A DNA stretch of 64,000 nt from Lichenihabitans sp. (GTDB taxonomy: Bacteria > Pseudomonadota > Alphaproteobacteria > Rhizobiales > Beijerinckiaceae), in contig CBDCBM010000004.1 in NCBI GenBank assembly GCA_965214365.1, positions 1,926,881 through 1,990,880 on the forward strand, written 5' to 3'. Position numbers and translations under genes: made by a program. Below are positions 39,749-47,914 of the stretch, in pieces. Positions within the stretch are counted from its first letter, which is position 1. The number at the start of each line of letters is the position of its first letter. The notes beneath the pieces are model-generated. The model did not search any database, was not told the origin of the DNA, and was given only the letters and a program-made list of their open reading frames with translations.

Positions 39749-40839
39749 AGTCCGGCGGCCTCCACCGCGAGGCTGATCGCGGCCTCCTGATGCGGCAGGA
39801 GCGCGTGACCCGGATAGGTCGAATAGATCGGCAGGAAGGGATCGTCGATCGGCGTCTTGAGGCCGCTCAGCTCCTCCATCACCGCAAGGCCGCAATAGGG
39901 GACATAACTCGCCGAATAGCCGCCCTCATGCGACATGGCGAGCCGGCCTCCGCACAGGTCGTCCGCCGCGCGCATGAGCAAGGCCGTCAGGCTCCGGAAG
40001 CTGCCCGAATGAAGCATCATGCGGCCGAGCGGGTCGGCGACCGAAGCGTCGAAGCCCGAACAGACGACGATGGCGTCCGGCTCGAAGCGCCGCAGCGCCG
40101 GCAGGACGATGCGCTCGAAGGCGCTGAGATAGGCGCCATGGCCGCAGCCCGCTGGCAGCGGCACGTTGATGTTCGTGCCCTCGCCGGGTCCCGCGCCACG
40201 CTCCGCCAGCGTCCCCGAACCCAGCGGAAACAGCCCGTCCTGGTGGAGCGAGATGGTCAGGACGTCGGGATCCGCATAGAAAGCGGATTGGGTGCCGTTC
40301 CCATGATGCACGTCCCAATCGACGATGGCGACGCGGCCGAGCGCATGGGTTTTGCGCGCCTTCAGAATCGCGATCGGCACGTTGCCGAAGAGGCAAAAGC
40401 CGAGGCCAAGGTCCCGCTCGGCGTGATGGCCCGGAGGCCGGACCAGAGCGTAGCCATTGGCGACCCGCCCGGTCAGAACGGCATCGAGCAGCGCATAGGT
40501 GCCCCCAACGGCCAGACGAGCGATCTCGAAGCTGCCTGGTCCGAAGGGTGTCAGGTGGCTCGCGTCGCCGCCCCGGTCTTTGCTGAGAGCCTTGATCCGG
40601 GCGATGTAGTCGCGGTCGTGAAAAAGCGCGAGGTCGTCCTCGTCGAGCGCAGCAGAGGGGCAAAAGGTCAGGCGGTCGATGAGGCCCGAGACTTCCAAAA
40701 GATTGCGGAAGCGTCGCTTGGTGGCGGCATTTTCCGCATGTTCGCCCGGTTCGATGGTCAGGCCCGCCGGGAAGATGCTCGCCGCGTTGCCGGTATCGTG
40801 CCACAGGTAAAGCTCATGGAAATTCCAGCCTGTCGACAT
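39745..40839 (-). CDS. Class II histone-deacetylase-like amidohydrolase (HDAH family)
   Basis: YLWHDTG, RPPGHHAE, GFCLFGN, DWDVHHGNGT, SGFDASVADPLG and HEGGYS. Its stop overlaps the aguA ATG (ATGA). Confidence 0.92.
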   Translation of the reverse strand: MSTGWNFHELYLWHDTGNAASIFPAGLTIEPGEHAENAATKRRFRNLLEVSGLIDRLTFCPSAALDEDDLALFHDRDYIARIKALSKDRGGDASHLTPFGPGSFEIARLAVGGTYALLDAVLTGRVANGYALVRPPGHHAERDLGLGFCLFGNVPIAILKARKTHALGRVAIVDWDVHHGNGTQSAFYADPDVLTISLHQDGLFPLGSGTLAERGAGPGEGTNINVPLPAGCGHGAYLSAFERIVLPALRRFEPDAIVVCSGFDASVADPLGRMMLHSGSFRSLTALLMRAADDLCGGRLAMSHEGGYSASYVPYCGLAVMEELSGLKTPIDDPFLPIYSTYPGHALLPHQEAAISLAVEAAGL

Positions 40840-41241
40840 CCGCTATCCTCTGGGTTCCGCCCCATGCGACAGACGCGGGGTGCGCCCTCGCGAGCGTGTC
40901 GCGGGAGGCTAGACAGGGCCGGGATTTTGGTCAAACCGGCCGCCCCCCAGCCCTCGACGACGCTCCAAACCCCTTCGCGGTCGTCGAGGATCTGCTGATT
41001 GATCCGCGCCATCGCGTCTCCAGGGGCGCTGGCGAAGGGGCATGGACCGGCTGGGACAGCAATGCCGGATTATGGGATGCAGGCGCCGGGTTCTTGAAAG
41101 CGGCCTCGGCAATCATGCGGTGCATCGGTTCTTCGAACGGCGGGGTTTTGCACGGCCCTCGATCGTGATGATGCGGGATCTTTCGACTTCGTAAAGACTC
41201 TCTCGTTTATGCCTGACGGCGGGAAGGCTGCGGAGACACCT

Positions 41242-41484
41242 ATGGCCCGTGTAAAGCTTGACCTATCGATTCCCGATCGACTGAAATTCCAGAGCGCGCT
41301 CGACGAAGCGCAGACCCAGGGGCTCAAGGTCAGCCGCTCTTTCGCTGAACTCGGCATGATCAGCGGCACCATCGAGGCGAAGGCCATAGACGCGCTCGTC
41401 CATATCGACGGCATCGCCAGCGTGGCGCCGGAGCGGCGCGACACACCGTCCGGCTCCGCGACGATCCTTGGCATGAAGCGATGA
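41242..41484 (+). CDS. Small hypothetical protein with a probable ferredoxin-like (beta-alpha-beta-beta-alpha-beta) fold
   Basis: MARVKLDLSI...ALDEAQTQGLKVSRSFAELGMISGTIEAKAIDALVHIDGIASVAPE. The periodicity resembles peptidase-inhibitor-I9 or propeptide-like small proteins (inference). Confidence 0.6.
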   Translation: MARVKLDLSIPDRLKFQSALDEAQTQGLKVSRSFAELGMISGTIEAKAIDALVHIDGIASVAPERRDTPSGSATILGMKR

Positions 41485-41548
41485 GGAGTCTGGCCGTCTC
41501 GCCTCAAATCCCGTAAAGCAGCCGCATCTTTCGCAGGTCACTCAGCTC

Positions 41549-42439
41549 ATGTCTTTTTCCAACCTCGCGGGCACGACCGCCGGGGTCATCCTGTTTTCGC
41601 TCGGAATTTTCTTCTTCGCCTTGAACGATGCCCTGGGAAAATGGCTCGTCGCCGACTATGGCGTCGGGCAATTGCTGTTCATGCGGACCCTTGGCGCCGC
41701 CTTCCTTCTGGTGCCGCTGCTGTTGCGCCACCGGGGCGGCGTCTGGCTTCGGTCGCAATGGGCCTGGCATCTCGCCCGCATCCTGTGCATGGCCGTCGAT
41801 ACTTACGCGTTCTATTTCGCCTGTCGGGCGCTGCCGCTGGCCGATGTCATGACCTTTTATCTCGCCGCACCCATTCTCATCACAGCCCTTTCGGTGCCGC
41901 TGCTGGGCGAAAAGGTAGGCCTGTTCCGCTGGGTCGCCGTCGCGGTCGGCTTCATCGGCGTGCTGATCGCGTTGCGGCCAACCGGCGCGGCTTTCTCGGC
42001 CTCGGCGTTGATCGCGCTTGGCGGCTCGACCATGTTCGCATGCGCCGTGACGATCACCCGCAAGTTGCGCGATACCCATTGGATGAGCCTCGTCACCTGG
42101 CAATTCGTCGGGGCGGGCCTCATCGGCGGGGCCGCGTCGGTCTTCGACTGGCATACGCCGGGTCCGCTCGACATCGGCTTGATGTTCCTAGTCGGGATCA
42201 TCGCGATATTGTGTTTCATCTGCCTGACCAAGGCCCTGTCGATCGCCCCGGCGTCGCTTCTCGCCCCCTTCCAATATATGTCGATCGTCTGGGCGGTCAT
42301 TCTAGGGTGGGTGATCTTCGGCGATAGGCCGACCGCGTCCATCCTCGTCGGGAGCGCCGTCATCATCGCCAGCGGGCTCGCGGTATTCTTCCACGAGCAG
42401 CGAAGGGCGCCGGCCTATCTGGCGCGGCCTGTGCCATGA
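41549..42439 (+). CDS. DMT (EamA/RhaT) family transporter
   Basis: About 10 hydrophobic segments with LPLADV...APILIT.LS..LLGEKVG..RW.AV.VGF.GV and APASLLAPFQY. Confidence 0.9.
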   Translation: MSFSNLAGTTAGVILFSLGIFFFALNDALGKWLVADYGVGQLLFMRTLGAAFLLVPLLLRHRGGVWLRSQWAWHLARILCMAVDTYAFYFACRALPLADVMTFYLAAPILITALSVPLLGEKVGLFRWVAVAVGFIGVLIALRPTGAAFSASALIALGGSTMFACAVTITRKLRDTHWMSLVTWQFVGAGLIGGAASVFDWHTPGPLDIGLMFLVGIIAILCFICLTKALSIAPASLLAPFQYMSIVWAVILGWVIFGDRPTASILVGSAVIIASGLAVFFHEQRRAPAYLARPVP

Positions 42440-43392
42440 CGGGGCCGATCCACTTCGACGGGCGTCGCTTCTTCAACCCAGGCGTCGATACCGACAAGAC
42501 GTTGCGCGACCTCTGGCGCTGGCGGCGGAATAGTCGCCCCGCGCGTTGGCCGACGCATGTCGGCCTGCCTGTCTTCCCACCGCCGCCCGTCGCGGCCATG
42601 GCGGGCGAGTTCGTCCTGACCTGGATTGGCCAATCGACAGTGCTGATCCAGATCGAGGGCTGCAACATCCTGACCGATCCGATCTTCTCGCAACGGGCGA
42701 GCCCGGTGTCCTGGGCCGGACCAAAACGGGTGCGCGACCCGGGAATAGCTTTCGACAGCCTTCCGCCCATTCATCTGGTTCTGCTCAGCCATAATCACTA
42801 TGACCACATGGATCTGCCCAGCCTGAAGCGCATCGACGCGCGCTGGGCGCCTCCCGTCATCACCGGCCTCGGCAATGGCCGAACCTTGCGGCCCGCCGGC
42901 ATTCGCCATGTCGTCGAACTCGATTGGTGGGACGAACACACGCCGGTCGATGGGATCAATGTGCGCTACGTGCCGGCCCAGCACTGGTCGAGCCGAAGCA
43001 TCGTCGATCGCCGACGCGCGCTCTGGGGCGGCCATGTCGTGACGACCCCCGCGGGCACTTTGTTCTTCGCCGGGGATAGCGGATACGGCCCACACTTTGG
43101 CGAGATCGGCCGACACTATCGGCCCGATATCGCTCTCCTGCCGATCGGCGCCTATGAGCCGCGCTGGTTCATGGCCGATCAGCACATGAACCCGGACGAT
43201 GCGGTGCGGGCGCATATCGACCTTGGCGCGGCCCTGAGCCTCGCCCTCCATTGGGGCACGTTCCAACTGACCGACGAGGCCATCGAGGCGCCGCTCTCGG
43301 CCCTCATCGAGGCCAAGCGGGATCACGCTGTGCCGGATCAGGCTTTCCGGGTCACGGAGGCCGGCGAGACCCTGCGCTGGCGCCGCATATGA
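42436..43392 (+). CDS. MBL-fold metallo-hydrolase (NAPE-PLD/RomA-like)
   Basis: TWIGQST, ILTDPIFS, LSHNHYDHMD, VPAQHWS, FAGDSGY, LPIGAYEPRW and HWGTFQLTDE. ATGA overlap with the DMT gene. Confidence 0.9.
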   Translation: MTGPIHFDGRRFFNPGVDTDKTLRDLWRWRRNSRPARWPTHVGLPVFPPPPVAAMAGEFVLTWIGQSTVLIQIEGCNILTDPIFSQRASPVSWAGPKRVRDPGIAFDSLPPIHLVLLSHNHYDHMDLPSLKRIDARWAPPVITGLGNGRTLRPAGIRHVVELDWWDEHTPVDGINVRYVPAQHWSSRSIVDRRRALWGGHVVTTPAGTLFFAGDSGYGPHFGEIGRHYRPDIALLPIGAYEPRWFMADQHMNPDDAVRAHIDLGAALSLALHWGTFQLTDEAIEAPLSALIEAKRDHAVPDQAFRVTEAGETLRWRRI

Positions 43393-43409
43393 ACCGCTGC
43401 TGCATCAAC

Positions 43410-43454
43410 GCATGATGCCGAAAAGTCGACCCGGGTATTCGGACGACATCCTGC
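43410..43454. repeat. Palindromic intergenic repeat, copy 1 (degenerate)
   Basis: gcatgatgccgaaaagtcgacccgggtattcggacgacatcctgc, which is homologous to the copies at 45746 and 63617. Confidence 0.7.
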
Positions 43455-43506
43455 CCGACATCATCGTGCTCTAACGATACGAACTGCGCCTCAACCGCCA
43501 GGGTTC

Positions 43507-43533
43507 TGTCGAGTATCGATCAAATACTCGACA
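43507..43533. other. 10-bp perfect inverted repeat (terminator-like hairpin or operator) between convergent genes
   Basis: tgtcgagtat-cgatcaa-atactcgaca. There is no clear U-tract. Confidence 0.5.
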
Positions 43534-43554
43534 ATATTGGTGTGAAAGATTGCT

Positions 43555-43746
43555 TCACATATGTTTTTTGTGGCGCATCATCTTCGAATGTTCGCTGACG
43601 ATGACGTCGATCGCGTGCATCATGGCCGGGGTGACTTGATAGCCATATCTATTTTGAATAAATCCAGCTGATGCAGGCGACAACGTTAGGATCGACAAAA
43701 CGCTGACAGCAGCAAAAAAAACACCCGTACGAACGATAGAAAACAT
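43555..43746 (-). CDS. Small secreted Met/His-rich hypothetical protein (63 aa)
   Basis: Shine-Dalgarno gaggagg precedes ATG 43746. A signal peptide ends in ASA-G, and the mature tail is AMMHAIDVIVSEHSKMMRHKKHM. Confidence 0.65.
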   Translation of the reverse strand: MFSIVRTGVFFAAVSVLSILTLSPASAGFIQNRYGYQVTPAMMHAIDVIVSEHSKMMRHKKHM

Positions 43747-43970
43747 ATTTATTCCTCCTCTAGACCTCAATTGTATAACACCCTCGCGTTGCTGGTGTCA
43801 GACATCTATTCCATAGACGTGCGCTATCGTTCGGGCTGCGGCAAAAACCGTCGGTGATGCGGCCAAGCCGTGAGGGAGATGCCCGTCGCCAGGGAATGGT
43901 GCCGGTCGACTTTCGGCCGAGCCGTCCAGCGCGCATTCGGTTCGCTGAAGCGCTATAGCCTTGAAACGAC

Positions 43971-45587
43971 CTACCGCTGCAGCCGCAATCCGAACAGGAT
44001 CACGTCTTGAACGTAGCTGGAGCCGACCGCGCTCGAGTGCAAATCCTGGTGGGTATAGGCGGCGGTCGCCACGAGCGAGCGGGAGAGGTGATAGTCCGCC
44101 TTCAGCGACTCGGACAGCGTGTTCTCGGTGATCGGCGCGCCGCTATAGTCCGTGTTGAGATAAGTGATCGCGCCGGTGAGCGTGAGGTTGCGAAGCAATT
44201 GGTGTGTGACGTTCAGCGTCAATGAGCGCGACTGGGCGCCCGAGGAGCCGGCGACTGTCGTTTCGTCGAAGGTCGTGGAGGCCAGGAGGCCAATCGTCGT
44301 CAGCGGGCTCGCCGCATAGCTGACGGTGGCGTTGACCACCGGCCCGTTGAGCGCCTTCAGGCGGTTGTCGTCATAGCTGCGGGTGCCGTAACCCGCCGAG
44401 ACTTCGCCGGACAGAAGGCGGTTGAATTCGAAGCTCGTGCCCGCCTGACCGATGATGCCGACCGAGTCGCGTCGGAAGCCGGAGAGGTCGATCGTCGCGT
44501 CATGCAATCTGTCGTCGACCAGGATGTCGACGAAGGGCTTGAACACCGGCGTGATCTCGTAGGACGTCCGCAACCGCAGCCCATAGTCATTATAGTTGCC
44601 GTTGGCGAGGTCTTGGACGGAGCCGTTCGACAGGGTCGCATTGTCATAGGCCACGCGGTCGAAGGACCCATGAAGGCCGACGGAGACTCGACCGAAGCTC
44701 TCGGTCCCCCCGAAGGTCTCGCCGAAGCCGATGATGAGCGGGCGCGACACGGTGTTGACGCTGACGTCCGGCGAGCCGGGGCGCTGCGTGTCGATGGAAA
44801 ATCGCTGTTCGGCGTCGAGGGTGGTGTCGCGATTGACATCGACCCTGAAGTCGATGGTGCCGGTCGCGTCCGGTCGGTTGGCACCGCGATCGCTGAAATA
44901 ATCGTTATAGCCGCCGCGTAGATCCGCCTTCAGCTCGTTCGACGGCCAGTTCGATAGCACGCCGATGCCGCCTTCCGTGCGGCTGAAGCCCGATGGCTTG
45001 ATCCCCGTCGTCACCTGATCGGGATTGCTGTCGTAACCCAGGCTCTGCGTCACATAAGGCGTCACGATCAGCGTCCCGGTCTTGAGGCCGAGCGGCGTGT
45101 AGCCGTCGTCGATGACCTTGACCTTCTGTCTCGTGGGGACCGGCAGAGCCGCGATGGTCGGCGTCGGCAGGCTGTTCGACGTGGTGTCGGCGATGGGCAC
45201 GCCGCCGCGCAGCCGCAGGGCAGTGGGATAGGGCAGGAGCGTCGGCAGCGGCGGCGGCCCGCGCCGGGGCAGCTTGACGCGGTCCTGCGTCTTGGCTTGG
45301 GTTTTGGGGAGCGGGAACTTGCCGAGGGGGAGCGCCGGGGCCGGGGTTTCGGCGTCGGTCTGGTCGGAGGGAAGGGCGCCTGCAGGAGCCGGTGCTAGAG
45401 TGTTCGTCTCTAGCGTGGCGGGTGATTCATCGGCCGGGTCTTCCACAGGACCCCGCAAAGTGGGGGCGAGGGCGGACGGGGCGCCACCGGCGGATTGTGC
45501 AAGGGCCGAGCCTTGCGACAGCGAGGCAAGCAGCCCCGATGCGAGCATCGCGACCCAAGGCGCCGTGCGACAGCTAAGCGACGCCAT
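43971..45587 (-). CDS. Outer-membrane beta-barrel protein (BBP2/DUF2320-like)
   Basis: Signal peptide and a Pro-rich periplasmic region, then YTPLGLKTGTLIVTPYVTQSLGYDSNP and amphipathic strands ending in FGLRLQR. Confidence 0.82.
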   Translation of the reverse strand: MASLSCRTAPWVAMLASGLLASLSQGSALAQSAGGAPSALAPTLRGPVEDPADESPATLETNTLAPAPAGALPSDQTDAETPAPALPLGKFPLPKTQAKTQDRVKLPRRGPPPLPTLLPYPTALRLRGGVPIADTTSNSLPTPTIAALPVPTRQKVKVIDDGYTPLGLKTGTLIVTPYVTQSLGYDSNPDQVTTGIKPSGFSRTEGGIGVLSNWPSNELKADLRGGYNDYFSDRGANRPDATGTIDFRVDVNRDTTLDAEQRFSIDTQRPGSPDVSVNTVSRPLIIGFGETFGGTESFGRVSVGLHGSFDRVAYDNATLSNGSVQDLANGNYNDYGLRLRTSYEITPVFKPFVDILVDDRLHDATIDLSGFRRDSVGIIGQAGTSFEFNRLLSGEVSAGYGTRSYDDNRLKALNGPVVNATVSYAASPLTTIGLLASTTFDETTVAGSSGAQSRSLTLNVTHQLLRNLTLTGAITYLNTDYSGAPITENTLSESLKADYHLSRSLVATAAYTHQDLHSSAVGSSYVQDVILFGLRLQR

Positions 45588-45642
45588 TCCGCTTCCCGAC
45601 CCCTCAAAACCGCCCGATCCTTGATAAAGGTTAAAGGCGCAT

Positions 45643-45660
45643 GGTTAATGAGCCGTTAGC
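45643..45660 (-). promoter_or_regulatory. Possible CtrA-like box
   Basis: The minus strand reads CTAA-cggctca-TTAACC, one mismatch to TTAA-N7-TTAAC, in the divergent promoter region. Confidence 0.3.
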
Positions 45661-45745
45661 GTGCTCGTGCCGGCCTTGCTCGGACCTGTCCGGTCGGAGA
45701 GCCTTCGGCCGTGCGGTGATGCAAATCATGGCAGGGGATGTTAGG

Positions 45746-45852
45746 GCATGATGCCGAAAAGTTGGCACGGGTTTTCGGATGACATCATGCTTCAACTTAT
45801 TGGAATCGATCACGATGTCTTTGGATGGATTCCATCCAAAGACATCGTGATC
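45746..45852. repeat. Palindromic intergenic repeat, copy 2 (complete, bipartite)
   Basis: Part 1 is gcatgatg-ccgaaaa...ttttcgg-atga-catcatgc (45746-45790). Part 2 is a perfect 22-bp inverted repeat with a 1-nt loop, gatcacgatgtctttggatgga-t-tccatccaaagacatcgtgatc (45808-45852). Confidence 0.88.
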
Positions 45853-45864
45853 TAGGGCTTCCGC

Positions 45865-46887
45865 ATGACCATGCCTCAACTCGCGCCGCCCGATGGTGCG
45901 TCAGCCGATGCCCGCCGCGCGGTGACGTCCGCTTTGAAAACCCTGCGGATCGAGCGGGCCGGCATCTTGGCTCTCGAAGAGGCGCTAGACGACCCTCGCT
46001 CCGATTTTGCGGCCCGATTCGCCACGGCGGTCGGCATGTTACGGACCATCAAGGGGCGCGCCATCGTCACCGGCATGGGCAAATCTGGCCATGTCGGCCG
46101 CAAGCTAGCTGCGACTTTGGCCTCGACGGGCACGGCGGCTTCCTTCGTCCATGCGGCCGAGGCCAGCCATGGAGATCTCGGCATGATCCAGACTGGAGAT
46201 GTTGTCCTGGCCTTCTCCTGGTCGGGGGAGACGCCGGAACTCGCCCATATCGTCACCTATGCGCGACGCTTTGCCATTCCGGTCGTGGCCGTCACCAGCA
46301 ACGCGGAGAGCGCGCTCGGGCGCCAGGCGGATCTGTGCCTCTGCCTGCCCAAGGCGGAGGAAGCCTGTCCGAACGGTCTCGCGCCCACGACCTCGACGAC
46401 GATGCAACTCGTCATCGGCGACGCCCTTGCGGTGGCGCTGCTGGAGGCCCGGGGTTTTTCGGCCGTCGATTTCAAGACCTTCCACCCTGGCGGCAAGCTC
46501 GGCGCGCAACTGACCTTCGTGCGCGACGTGATGCATTCGGGCGACCGCATCCCGCTGATCGGGCGGGGGGCCGGCATGCAGGATGCGATCGTGGAGATGA
46601 CGGGCAAGCGGCTCGGCTGCGTCTGCGTCGTCGATGAGGCCGGACGGCTCTGCGGCCTCATCACCGATGGCGATCTGCGCCGCCAGATGGGTCCGCGCCT
46701 CTTGTCCGCGACAGCGGGCGAGGTCATGACCCACGCCCCGTTGACCATTGGGCAGGGTGCCTTGGCGGTCGAGGCCTTGAAGGTTCTCAACGACCGGCGG
46801 CGTTCGGTCTTGCCGGTCGTCGATGCCGAGCATGTACCGGTCGGCATCCTGCATCTCCACGACCTTTACGCGATCGGGGTGGGGTGA
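45865..46887 (+). CDS. kdsD: KpsF/GutQ family arabinose-5-phosphate isomerase (SIS domain plus 2 CBS domains)
   Basis: VTGMGKSGHVGRK, EASHGDLG, SWSGET, APTTSTT, FHPGGKLG and GLITDGDLRR. Confidence 0.93.
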   Translation: MTMPQLAPPDGASADARRAVTSALKTLRIERAGILALEEALDDPRSDFAARFATAVGMLRTIKGRAIVTGMGKSGHVGRKLAATLASTGTAASFVHAAEASHGDLGMIQTGDVVLAFSWSGETPELAHIVTYARRFAIPVVAVTSNAESALGRQADLCLCLPKAEEACPNGLAPTTSTTMQLVIGDALAVALLEARGFSAVDFKTFHPGGKLGAQLTFVRDVMHSGDRIPLIGRGAGMQDAIVEMTGKRLGCVCVVDEAGRLCGLITDGDLRRQMGPRLLSATAGEVMTHAPLTIGQGALAVEALKVLNDRRRSVLPVVDAEHVPVGILHLHDLYAIGVG

Positions 46888-46915
46888 CGGCGCCGGCGTC
46901 ACCTTTGGCCGTCAC
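46884..46915. terminator. GC-rich hairpin between the convergent kdsD and hpnA genes
   Basis: ggtgacg-gcgccgg-cgtcacc followed by ttt, with an alternative pairing gtgacggc/gccgtcac. Confidence 0.4.
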
Positions 46916-47904
46916 TTCACATAGCCGGCGTTCTGGAACCACGCGACCGCATCCGCCAGGGCTTGGCGGTAGGGCCGTGCCGTAAAACCGAGGTCCCGCT
47001 CGGCCTTGGCGGAGGAGAAGAACATTCGATATTGGGCCATCTTCAGGCCATCCACGGTCGCGAAAGGCTCCTTGCCGGTGAACCGCGCCACCCATTCGGC
47101 CGCGTAGGCCAAGGGAAATAGCGCACCGCGTGGCAATTCGATCGTCGGCGGCTTGCGCCCGACCAGCATGGCGATCACGCCCAGCATTTCGCCCAGCTTC
47201 ACGTCCTGGCCGCCGAGGATGTAGCGCTCGCCGATCCGGCCCTTGCGCCAGGCCATCAAGTGTCCCTGCGCGCAATCGTCGACATGAACGAGGTTCAGCC
47301 CCGTATCGATGAAGGCGGGCATCTTGCCGTTGGCGGCTTCGACCACGATGCGGCCCGTTGGTGTGGGCTTGATGTCGCGCGGCCCGATGGGGGTGGAGGG
47401 GTTGACGATGACTGCCGGTAGGCCCTGCGCCGTCATGCTCTCCACCAGGCGTTCCGCCATGACCTTGGAGCGCTTGTAGGCGCCGATGGTCGTTTCGGGC
47501 GCGTTGGGCGACGTCTCGTCGACCGGCACGCCATCGCGCCGCAACTTCAGGGTGGCGACGCTGCTGGTATAGACGATGCGCTCGATTTTGGCGTCGCGCG
47601 CGGCCTCCATGATGGCGCGGGTGCCTTCGACATTAGCCTTGATGATGACGTCGGGATCGGGCGCCCAGATGCGATAGTCGGCCGCGACATGGAAAAGGTG
47701 GCGGGGTCCATCGAGCGCACGCGCCAGCGAGGCCGGATCGCCGAGATCGCCTTCGGCAAGCTCGATATCGAGATCGGCCAGATTGCCCCGCGGGCTCGTG
47801 GGGCGGACCAGGGCGCGGACCTTGTGCCCCTCGGCCAGCAGCGCCCGGGCCACGGCCGACCCGACGAAGCCGCTGGCCCCGGTGACGAGAACGAATTCGC
47901 TCAT
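46912..47904 (-). CDS. hpnA: Hopanoid-associated NAD-dependent sugar epimerase/dehydratase
   Basis: VTGASGFVG, HVAADYRIW, YTSSVA, YKRSK and NPSTPIGPRDIKPTPTG. Start moved to MSEFV (47904). Confidence 0.85.
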   Translation of the reverse strand: MSEFVLVTGASGFVGSAVARALLAEGHKVRALVRPTSPRGNLADLDIELAEGDLGDPASLARALDGPRHLFHVAADYRIWAPDPDVIIKANVEGTRAIMEAARDAKIERIVYTSSVATLKLRRDGVPVDETSPNAPETTIGAYKRSKVMAERLVESMTAQGLPAVIVNPSTPIGPRDIKPTPTGRIVVEAANGKMPAFIDTGLNLVHVDDCAQGHLMAWRKGRIGERYILGGQDVKLGEMLGVIAMLVGRKPPTIELPRGALFPLAYAAEWVARFTGKEPFATVDGLKMAQYRMFFSSAKAERDLGFTARPYRQALADAVAWFQNAGYVK

Positions 47905-47914
47905 GGGTGCCCTA

